From a virus: 64,000 nucleotides of DNA. Positions 56,004-64,000 of the stretch are shown here, piece by piece. Positions within the stretch are counted from its first letter, which is position 1; each line of letters starts with the position of its first letter. The stretch covers positions 41,273 to 105,272 of IMG/VR virus record IMGVR_UViG_3300020469_000001. One strand, 5' to 3'. The notes under the pieces are model-generated. The model was not told the origin of the DNA, did not search any database, and saw nothing but the letters and a program-made list of their open reading frames with translations. The translations under genes were made by a program, and so were the position numbers.

Positions 56004-56521
56004 TAGGCGTTGGAGAGAAGTTCCCTGCCTTTACACTGCAGGGTGTAGACAAAGATAATAACTTTGTAACAGTATCTGTCACAGAACAGTACGAACCTTT
56101 GAAAAAAGATTACACAGTTATATACTTCTATCCAAAAGACTTTACTTTCATATGCCCAACAGAAATTGCGGGAATGGATATGTTAGTAGAGGAAGCTAAT
56201 GTTATTGGTATTAGTGGAGATAATGAGTTTTGTAAATTAGCTTGGAAACAAGATAATACACTCATAGGAAACATACAACACTCCTTGGCAGCAGACTGTG
56301 GCCTAGGACTATCTTCTAAACTAGGAATAGTACACGAAGAAGCAGGAGTATGTTTTAGAGCTACTTTTATCATTGACAAAAATGATATAATACAACATGT
56401 AAGTGTTAACGCACTTGACACAGGCAGAAATGCTCATGAAGTTCTTAGAACTTTGCAAGGCATTAAAGCAGGTGGATTAACAGGTTGTGAATGGCAACCA
56501 GGAGAAGATTTCGTAGGATGA
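56000..56521 (+). CDS. ahpC: peroxiredoxin (AhpC)
   Basis: FYPKDFTFICPTE; GRN..EVLR. Confidence 0.9.
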   Translation: MIGVGEKFPAFTLQGVDKDNNFVTVSVTEQYEPLKKDYTVIYFYPKDFTFICPTEIAGMDMLVEEANVIGISGDNEFCKLAWKQDNTLIGNIQHSLAADCGLGLSSKLGIVHEEAGVCFRATFIIDKNDIIQHVSVNALDTGRNAHEVLRTLQGIKAGGLTGCEWQPGEDFVG

Positions 56522-57477
56522 TTTTATTTACAGCAGACTGGCATATAAAGCTAGGACAGAAGAATGTACCTGTCTCATGGGCATGTACTAGATATCAATT
56601 GTTTTTTCAGCAAGTGCAAGACGCTGTAGATAAACACGAAGTTGACCTTCACATCATAGGTGGGGACTTGTTTGATCGAGTCCCTTCCATGGATGAACTT
56701 ACTTTATATTTTGATTTTGTAAAGAGACAAAAAGTAAGAACGATTATCTATGACGGCAACCATGAAGCCACTAGAAAAAATAATACTTTCTTTGATAACT
56801 TAAAGAGAGTAACAAATGAATTAAATCCTCTAGTAACAGTAATAACTGAAACTTATTATGAGGATGATTGGTGTATTCTACCATATGCAGATTTGCATAA
56901 AAAGAAAAGTATAGAGATGATAGATGCAGACTATCTATTTACTCATGTGAGGGGTGAAATACCACCTCATGTTATACCTGAAGTAGATTTAGAAAGATTT
57001 GACTCGTTCAAAATCGTATTTGCTGGAGACTTACATGCTCACGAGAATACTCAACGAAATATTGTGTACCCAGGCAGTCCGATGACTACATCTTTTCATA
57101 GAAATGAAGTAACAACAGGTTACTTAGTAATTGATACCAATACCGATTGGGTTTGGACATGGCATGAATTTGATTTACCACAATTAATCAGAAAGACTGT
57201 TACCAACCCCGATGATATGGTGCAAACAGACTTTCATCATACAATCTATGAATTAGAAGGAGATGTACAAGATTTGGCACAAGTTAAAAACTCCGATCTA
57301 CTTGATAAAAAAGTCGTTAAGCGAGAGACAGAGGCAACTCTATCGTTAACAAACGAGATGTCTATTGCTGACGAACTAAGTGTGTATCTAAAAGAGATTC
57401 TATCTCTTGATGATATGAAAACAAGAAAATTAATGGGAGTGTTTAATGATTATTCTACAAAAACTGAAATGGGATAA
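56518..57477 (+). CDS. SbcD/Mre11-like nuclease (T5 D12)
   Basis: ADWH, GGDLFD, GNHE, GDLH, YPGS. Confidence 0.9.
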   Translation: MILFTADWHIKLGQKNVPVSWACTRYQLFFQQVQDAVDKHEVDLHIIGGDLFDRVPSMDELTLYFDFVKRQKVRTIIYDGNHEATRKNNTFFDNLKRVTNELNPLVTVITETYYEDDWCILPYADLHKKKSIEMIDADYLFTHVRGEIPPHVIPEVDLERFDSFKIVFAGDLHAHENTQRNIVYPGSPMTTSFHRNEVTTGYLVIDTNTDWVWTWHEFDLPQLIRKTVTNPDDMVQTDFHHTIYELEGDVQDLAQVKNSDLLDKKVVKRETEATLSLTNEMSIADELSVYLKEILSLDDMKTRKLMGVFNDYSTKTEMG

Positions 57478-59263
57478 TTGCTTCTCTTATGGGGCAAATA
57501 ATGAGATGGATCTATCATCAGATACACTCACACAATTAGTTGGTACAAACGGTGTAGGTAAATCATCTATACCATTAATACTAGAAGAAATACTATTCAA
57601 CAAAAATAGTAAGAATGTTAAGAAAGCGGATATTGCAAATAGATATGTTAACAAAGGATATGATATTAGTCTTGACTTTACTGTGGACACTGACGTATAC
57701 AACATTACTGTTATACGGCGTGGTACACTCAAATGTAAGCTAACAAAGAATGGTGAGGATATATCTTCACACACAGCTTCTAATACTTACAAAACCTTGG
57801 GCGATGTCTTAGGTATTGACTTTAAAACTTTTTCACAGCTAGTGTATCAAAACACTAATGCATCATTGCAGTTTTTAACTGCTACAGATACAAACCGTAA
57901 AAAGTTCTTAATTGACCTATTGAAACTAGACCAATATGTTTCTTTCTTTGAGACATTCAAAGAAGCGGTAAGGGTAAATTCCACAGAAGTTACAACTATC
58001 AATGCGAAAATATCAACTATTGCAAAATGGTTAGAAGACAATTTTCTCGAAGATAGTTCCATACTTTCAAAAATGGATTTACCATTTTACTCGGAAGAAG
58101 ATGAGATATCTTTACGTTCACTATTAGTAGAACTGGAAAATATCACTGAAAAGAATAAAAAAATAAATACTAATAATCAACTCAAACATCAATTAAATGA
58201 TATAGATTTGCATGAGTACAAAAGAAGGTTAGCAAAATACCCAGAAGAAGTCGATACTAAAATACAAATCTCTTCTGTAGCAACCTGGAAGTCTGAAATG
58301 ATACATGAGGAAAGAATGCTTAAGAAGTATAATGACCTTATGCAACTAGAAGATATGCAGTGTCCAACTTGCGAACAAGAAGTTGACAAGATGTTTGTAG
58401 AGAGTATGATAAAAGACCATACTCAAAGAATAGAGCAGTGTGAAAAGTTTACACAAGATGCTGCAAAAAAGCTCACAAGATTGGAGGAAAACAATGCGAT
58501 CCATAGGACAGCGCAAAGAGAAATCTCAAGTTGGGAAGACCTCTACAGGTCTGTTGACCACGACCTTACAACGACAGTCCTTGATGAAGCAGACTTACAA
58601 GACCAAGTTACTGAACTTCGCAAAACGATTACCAGTACTAAATCTGCTCTTCAAGAAGTAATAGAAGAAAATGAGAAAAGAGAACGACATAACACAAGAA
58701 TTGGAATTATACTCGAACAGACTGGCGAATTTCAAAGTCAACTTGATAAACTTGAATCTGAACTATCAGATAAAGAAGAACACTTGGCGGCACTTGAAAC
58801 GCTTAAGAAGGCATTTTCTACAAACGGACTCCTCGCGTATAAGATAGAGAGTCTAGTAAAAGAGCTAGAAGTTATGACAAATGATTATCTAGCAGAGTTT
58901 AGTGATGGTAGATTTAGTATCAATTTTGTTGTTACTAACGACAAACTAAATGTAGAAGTATCAGATAATGGAAACATTATTGACATACTAGCTCTATCTA
59001 GTGGAGAACTAGCAAGAGTGAATATTGCGACATTAGTTGCAATACGAAAACTTATGACATCTATTAGTAGAAGTCAAATTAATGTTCTGTTTCTCGATGA
59101 AGTCAATCAGGCTCTCGATGAACAAGGTAAAGAAAAAGTAGTAGAAGTCCTACTCAAAGAAGAAAGACTAAATACATATTTAGTATCTCATGGTTGGACA
59201 CATCCGCTACTAGAAAAAATAGAAATAATTAAAGAGGATAATATATCATGTTTAGATTCATAA
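57446..59263 (+). CDS. SbcC/Rad50-like ATPase (T5 D13)
   Basis: GTNGVGKS, CPTC hook, LSSGE, LFLDE. Confidence 0.92.
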   Translation: MIILQKLKWDNCFSYGANNEMDLSSDTLTQLVGTNGVGKSSIPLILEEILFNKNSKNVKKADIANRYVNKGYDISLDFTVDTDVYNITVIRRGTLKCKLTKNGEDISSHTASNTYKTLGDVLGIDFKTFSQLVYQNTNASLQFLTATDTNRKKFLIDLLKLDQYVSFFETFKEAVRVNSTEVTTINAKISTIAKWLEDNFLEDSSILSKMDLPFYSEEDEISLRSLLVELENITEKNKKINTNNQLKHQLNDIDLHEYKRRLAKYPEEVDTKIQISSVATWKSEMIHEERMLKKYNDLMQLEDMQCPTCEQEVDKMFVESMIKDHTQRIEQCEKFTQDAAKKLTRLEENNAIHRTAQREISSWEDLYRSVDHDLTTTVLDEADLQDQVTELRKTITSTKSALQEVIEENEKRERHNTRIGIILEQTGEFQSQLDKLESELSDKEEHLAALETLKKAFSTNGLLAYKIESLVKELEVMTNDYLAEFSDGRFSINFVVTNDKLNVEVSDNGNIIDILALSSGELARVNIATLVAIRKLMTSISRSQINVLFLDEVNQALDEQGKEKVVEVLLKEERLNTYLVSHGWTHPLLEKIEIIKEDNISCLDS

Positions 59264-59367
59264 CTAAATGGTGGAATATACTTATCGGAAATGATAAGAA
59301 CTGGGATGGCGAAGTAGATATCAAAGATAAAATGCTTGACGCCAAACAAAAAAGTATGGAAAAGTAA

Positions 59368-59802
59368 ATGAAAGGGTACATATTAACAATTTGTTTCTTT
59401 ATGACAGCAACAATAGCATACACATACCAAAACTTAGAGTACAGAGGTGTTCCTCGTACTACTTCTTGTTCTGGTGAGTGTTATGCAGAGTATGTTCGCA
59501 TAAATGGTACACCTGCAGAAATTGAAAGAAAAAAACAAGCATTAGCACAAGCTGACGAGTTCAGTAATATCAGAAGCCTATGGGCTGGATGTGCTGCCTG
59601 CCATGGTGCAGACGGTGGTGGTGGTATAGGACCAATGCTTGCTGGTCAAAATGCAGAAGATATTATTAGTAAGTTGACTATCTACAAAAACAGAGGACAG
59701 ATTGGTGCACAGTCTGCTCTTATGTGGGGTCAAGCAGGTATGCTGACTGAAGATGAGATATCAACTATTGGCAAATTCATACAAGGAGGTATGCCAAAAT
59801 GA
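59368..59802 (+). CDS. c-type cytochrome (c553/c4-like)
   Basis: Signal/TM segment, CAACHG, GPMLAGQ, distal Met. Confidence 0.85.
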   Translation: MKGYILTICFFMTATIAYTYQNLEYRGVPRTTSCSGECYAEYVRINGTPAEIERKKQALAQADEFSNIRSLWAGCAACHGADGGGGIGPMLAGQNAEDIISKLTIYKNRGQIGAQSALMWGQAGMLTEDEISTIGKFIQGGMPK

Positions 59803-60020
59803 AAATAGAAATTTACAGTATTCCTAACTGTCCATATTGTGTAAGAGCAAAAAATCTTGCAGAACAAAAAGGACATGAAGTAGTTTACAATATGATGGGC
59901 GAAGAGTTTCAAGCAGGGGATGTAAGAACATTATTCCCAACTGCTAGAACATTCCCACAAATTATTGTAGATGGCGAAAAGATTGGAGGTTATACAGAAC
60001 TGGAGAAGTTGATTGGTTAA
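59799..60020 (+). CDS. glutaredoxin
   Basis: CPYC, TFPQI, IGGY. Confidence 0.92.
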   Translation: MKIEIYSIPNCPYCVRAKNLAEQKGHEVVYNMMGEEFQAGDVRTLFPTARTFPQIIVDGEKIGGYTELEKLIG

Positions 60021-60501
60021 TTCTAGACGGAAAGGACATGACGCAGAACTAAAAGCGGCAGCTATGATGAAAAGAATAACTGGAGAAAACTTCGTACAGA
60101 CTCCAGGCAGTGGCTCAGGTAAAATTAAAGGCGATCTACATGTAGAACATAAACATAATTTGTTTTGCATAGAGATAAAACATTACAAAGATATGGGATT
60201 CAATCACAAAATCTTTACTCAAAAGAGTAATGTATTTGTTAAGTGGTGGTCTAAACTTTGTAGACAGTCTGAAGAAATGAAACAAGAGCCATTGTTAATC
60301 TTCAAAGAAAACCACTCGCAGTGGTATGTGGCAACGACAAGAAAGCCACAGTACAAAAAACATATGTATATAAACTGGCTTGGGTGCTATGTCACCTTTG
60401 CTGAACAATTTTTAGAAACACAAGAGGTAAAATTTACAAATGGCAATACAATTTACGAGCCATGGAAAGCCGATTCCCAATGGGAACTTATTGATTGTTG
60501 A
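60013..60501 (+). CDS. T5 D14-like Holliday junction resolvase
   Basis: SRRKG..AE, PGSG, GDL, IEIK. Confidence 0.8.
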   Translation: MVNSRRKGHDAELKAAAMMKRITGENFVQTPGSGSGKIKGDLHVEHKHNLFCIEIKHYKDMGFNHKIFTQKSNVFVKWWSKLCRQSEEMKQEPLLIFKENHSQWYVATTRKPQYKKHMYINWLGCYVTFAEQFLETQEVKFTNGNTIYEPWKADSQWELIDC

Positions 60502-61297
60502 TGGACTCAATCTGGCTTTTAGATGGAAACATCAAGGACGCAACGACTTCGAACATGATTATATTCGTACAGTCGAGTCTTTAGCAAAGTCCTATAACTG
60601 TGGAGAGATAGTCGTTTTAGGCGATGGCGGTAGTAATTACCGTAAAACTATCGACCCAGAGTACAAAGCAAATCGTAAGGAACGATATGCAGAACAAACT
60701 CCCGAAGAAGCAAAAGAATTTGAAATGTTTCTTGCGGAGTTTCAAACTACTATGTCTAGTTTAAAACGTAAGGGTTACCTTACACTAAAATATGCTGGAG
60801 TAGAAGCTGATGATATAGCCGCACTTATATGCCAAAACCGAGAAAACATAGGTGTAGATGAGATATGGATGATATCATCAGATAAAGACTGGGATTTACT
60901 AGTTGACCCAAAAATAAGTCGTTTTTCGACTGTAACTAGAAAAGAAACAACAGTACATAACTGGGATGAACATTATGATTTTGACCCTGTTTATTTTTTG
61001 ACTTACAAATGTTTGACAGGAGATAAGGGAGATAATGTTCCAGGAGTTGACGGAGTTGGACCAAAGCGTGCTACTCAGTTAATCGAGCAATACGGAGATG
61101 TATTTGATATTATGGCGAGTTTGCCACTTGACGGAAAGTACAAGTATATTCAAAACTTAAATGAGTTTGGAAGTAAAGGACTAGAAGTAGGAGTGCAACT
61201 CATGGATTTAACTTATGATGTCGAAGGCGCAGTACTTGGACACGGACAAGAAATTATAGGATTGGTGGAAAATTATGTCAGTGAAGATAGATTATAG
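60440..61297 (+). CDS. 5'-3' flap endonuclease (T5 D15)
   Basis: IVDGLNLAFR, YKANR, EADD, SSDKD, GDKGDNVPGV.GVGPK. Confidence 0.93.
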   Translation: MAIQFTSHGKPIPNGNLLIVDGLNLAFRWKHQGRNDFEHDYIRTVESLAKSYNCGEIVVLGDGGSNYRKTIDPEYKANRKERYAEQTPEEAKEFEMFLAEFQTTMSSLKRKGYLTLKYAGVEADDIAALICQNRENIGVDEIWMISSDKDWDLLVDPKISRFSTVTRKETTVHNWDEHYDFDPVYFLTYKCLTGDKGDNVPGVDGVGPKRATQLIEQYGDVFDIMASLPLDGKYKYIQNLNEFGSKGLEVGVQLMDLTYDVEGAVLGHGQEIIGLVENYVSEDRL

Positions 61298-63050
61298 TAG
61301 AGATTCTCTCTTGGATGAGTTCGCACATGCAACTCTAAAAGATAGATATATGATACCCGGTGAAAATTCACCACAGGAAGCTTTTGCTCGTGCAGCCGAG
61401 ACATTCGCAGATGATGATGACCATGCTCAACGGTTATATGACTATGTCAGTAACTTATGGTTTATGTTTGCAACTCCTGTATTATCAAATGGAGGTACTC
61501 GTAGAGGACTACCCATTAGCTGTTTCTTAAATTATGTTGATGATAGCAGGGAAGGTATTACAGACCATTTTACCGAGAATGCTTTTTTATCATCATTTGG
61601 CGGAGGTATCGGAGGCTCATGGAGTGATGTTCGTTCTATAGGAACTAAAACATCTAAAGGTTCAGAGTCAACTGGTGTTATGCCATTTATGAAAGTTGTG
61701 GATGCAGAAATGTTGGCATTTAGCCAGGGAGTAACTAGACGGGGTAGTTACGCTTCTTATCTACACATATCACACCCCGAGATAGAGGAGTTTTTAGATG
61801 TCAGAAAGCCTACAGGCGGCGATACTAATCGCAAGTGTACTAATCTCCATCATGGTGTTGTTATTTCTGATTCCTTTATGGAGCGAATACACAATGCTGG
61901 AAAAATTGATAATTTCGACGATAGCTGGGACCTTGTGGATCCTCACACGAAACGAGTAGTAAAGACAGTAAGTGCGAGAGCCTTATGGGTAAAACTACTT
62001 CTTAATAGAATGGAAACAGGCGAACCTTACATTATGTTCGAGAATGCGGTACAAAATGAGTTACCTGACTTCCAGAAAAGAAAAGGATTGAAAGTTCATC
62101 ATAGTAATTTATGTAGTGAGATTACTCTTGCTACTGATGAAGAAAGAACAGCAGTATGTTGTTTATCTTCTGTAAACTTAGAGTACTATGACGACTGGAA
62201 AGACCACCCAGCTTTTATACCAGATTTAATTCGTATGCTTGATAATGTATTATCGGACTTTATCGATAATGCGCCACCCCAATTAGAAAGAGCTAGATTC
62301 AGTGCTATGAGGGAGAGAAGTATTGGACTAGGCGCTATGGGATTTCATGCGTACTTACAGAAAAATGGTATACCATTTGAAAGTGCAATGGCAGGTGGTA
62401 CTAATCTAGAAATGTTTAATTACATCAAAAATAAAGCAGACCAAACTACTAGAGAACTAGCAATAGAAAGAGGAGCATGTCCAGATGATGACACAGCTTC
62501 AGTGAGAAATGCTCACCTATTAGCTATAGCTCCTAATGCAAGTTCTAGTATTTTATGCGGTAACACTTCTCCAAGTATTGAACCTTTTAGAGCAAATGCT
62601 TATACTCAAAAGACTAAGACTGGAAGTAATCTAGTTAAAAATAAATATCTTGATTTAATTGTCAGAGAAAAGTCAAATAACGAAGATGAGTATGCAGAAT
62701 ACTGGAGAAGTATAGTTGCAAACAAAGGAAGTGTCCAACATCTAGATATACTAGAAGAGTGGGACAAAGATGTATTCAAGACTGCTGTAGAAATTAATCA
62801 GTCTTGGGTTATCGAACACGCAGCTGTGAGACAACAATTTATTTGTCAATCACAGTCTGTAAACTTATTCTTTCCTCCAGATGTGAACAAAGCAGATTTG
62901 CATAATGTTCATATGTTGGCATGGGCAAAGAATTTAAAAACATTATACTACCTTAGGAGTGAAGCTATCAGTAGAGCTGATAATGTTACTTCTCAGGCTA
63001 AAAGAGAGATAATCTTTGAACAACAAGATTGTCTAAGTTGCGAGGGATAA
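61275..63050 (+). CDS. nrdA: class I ribonucleotide reductase alpha subunit
   Basis: ATPVL, ISCFL, SNLCSEI, APNASSS, TLYY, C-terminal CLSCEG. Confidence 0.95.
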   Translation: MSVKIDYSRDSLLDEFAHATLKDRYMIPGENSPQEAFARAAETFADDDDHAQRLYDYVSNLWFMFATPVLSNGGTRRGLPISCFLNYVDDSREGITDHFTENAFLSSFGGGIGGSWSDVRSIGTKTSKGSESTGVMPFMKVVDAEMLAFSQGVTRRGSYASYLHISHPEIEEFLDVRKPTGGDTNRKCTNLHHGVVISDSFMERIHNAGKIDNFDDSWDLVDPHTKRVVKTVSARALWVKLLLNRMETGEPYIMFENAVQNELPDFQKRKGLKVHHSNLCSEITLATDEERTAVCCLSSVNLEYYDDWKDHPAFIPDLIRMLDNVLSDFIDNAPPQLERARFSAMRERSIGLGAMGFHAYLQKNGIPFESAMAGGTNLEMFNYIKNKADQTTRELAIERGACPDDDTASVRNAHLLAIAPNASSSILCGNTSPSIEPFRANAYTQKTKTGSNLVKNKYLDLIVREKSNNEDEYAEYWRSIVANKGSVQHLDILEEWDKDVFKTAVEINQSWVIEHAAVRQQFICQSQSVNLFFPPDVNKADLHNVHMLAWAKNLKTLYYLRSEAISRADNVTSQAKREIIFEQQDCLSCEG

Positions 63051-64000
63051 ATGAGTAAACTATTAGAAGAACGAGATTATTATAAACCTTTTGACTATCC
63101 TTGGGCATTTGAGTTTTACAAAAAACAACAACAAATGCATTGGCTTCCTGATGAAGTACCACTCCAAGATGATATAAAGGATTATAACCAAAAGCTATCA
63201 GACGGTGAAAGAATACTTATAGACAATATATTTAAGTTTTTTACACAAGCTGATGTAGATGTATGTTGTGGGTATGCCAAGCATTACCTTCCAACATTCA
63301 AGCAACCAGAAGTAAGAATGATGCTAGTAAGCTATGCTGCTATGGAAGCAGTACACCAAGAAGCATACTCATTACTTTTAGAAACATTGGGTAAGTCAGA
63401 AGATATGTACCAAGAGTTTTTTGATATACAAGCTATGTCAGAAAAACACGACTATCTAACTGACTTCAATATGGAAACTCCACACGAGATGGCTAAGACC
63501 ATGGCCGTATATAGTGGATTTACAGAAGGAGTACAACTATTTAGTAGTTTTGCTATACTTCTAAACTATCCAAGACATAACTTGATGAAAGGTATGGGGC
63601 AGATAGTTACATGGTCGATAAGAGATGAGTCCCTTCATGTTGAAGGACTATCAAAACTCTTTAGAACTTTTATTGCAGAAAATCCTGATATATGGACAGA
63701 TAAGCTAAAATATGAGATATATTGTGCGGCAGAACGGGTTGTTGAATTAGAAGATAAATTTATTGATGTTTGTTTCGAGAAAGCAGATATTAAAGATTTA
63801 ACAGCAAAAGAAGTCAAAGAATATATTCGTTATATTGCGGATAGAAGATTACTAGGACTAGGAATGAAAGGAATATTCCATAGTACTGAAAATCCATTAC
63901 CATGGATTGATATGCAAGTAAATGCAGTTGAGCATACCAACTTTTTTGAAAACCGTGCTACCGAGTATGCTAAGGCGAGTACACAAGGCAATTGGCAGGA
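63051..64000 (+). CDS. nrdB: ribonucleotide reductase beta subunit, partial (runs off window end)
   Basis: Read manually: MSKLLEERDYYKPFDYPWA...HWLPDEV...FFTQAD...EAVH...RDESLH. Confidence 0.92.
   Translation, partial: MSKLLEERDYYKPFDYPWAFEFYKKQQQMHWLPDEVPLQDDIKDYNQKLSDGERILIDNIFKFFTQADVDVCCGYAKHYLPTFKQPEVRMMLVSYAAMEAVHQEAYSLLLETLGKSEDMYQEFFDIQAMSEKHDYLTDFNMETPHEMAKTMAVYSGFTEGVQLFSSFAILLNYPRHNLMKGMGQIVTWSIRDESLHVEGLSKLFRTFIAENPDIWTDKLKYEIYCAAERVVELEDKFIDVCFEKADIKDLTAKEVKEYIRYIADRRLLGLGMKGIFHSTENPLPWIDMQVNAVEHTNFFENRATEYAKASTQGNWQ

Noticed and set aside
45553-63050. Inteins or introns in polA, helicases or nrdA
   Set aside because: ORFs are continuous and of normal length, with no splicing motifs seen
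1-64000. Stop-codon reassignment, and the many short antisense ORFs in the track
   Set aside because: Core genes are intact under the standard code, with all three stop codons in use; the antisense ORFs shadow confident genes

Overview
This 64 kb window is part of an AT-rich, T5-like (Demerecviridae-type) lytic dsDNA phage genome. Its accessory genes suggest an aquatic or marine proteobacterial host (inference). It has five regions. (1) 1-10.1 kb, minus strand: a T5-type small terminase, then accessory genes: IscU, IscA, two paralogous membrane proteins, an overlapping csgF-csgG-curlin-FecR-hypothetical-CHASE2 adenylate cyclase operon, a methyltransferase and small basic proteins. (2) About 10.2-14.7 kb: a compositionally distinct segment resembling a T5 terminal-repeat/first-step-transfer region. 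It holds a DnaQ-like exonuclease and a HAD phosphatase bracketed by two inverted T-shaped palindromes, followed by direct repeats and DnaA boxes like an injection-stop signal. (3) About 13.6-16.7 kb: a run of strong sigma70 promoters driving apparently non-coding RNAs, including a tRNA-like element with a truncated anticodon arm and a ~930-nt highly structured ORF-free transcript. (4) 16.7-31 kb: early genes, bS21, Hsp20, endolysin and spanins, oxygenases and a glycosyltransferase. (5) 30-64 kb: the T5 replication backbone (D2, D3, split NAD ligase, D5, DnaB, primase, PolA, D10-D15, nrdAB), interleaved with many modification enzymes. All family assignments come from motif recognition by eye; no database search or folding program was run.
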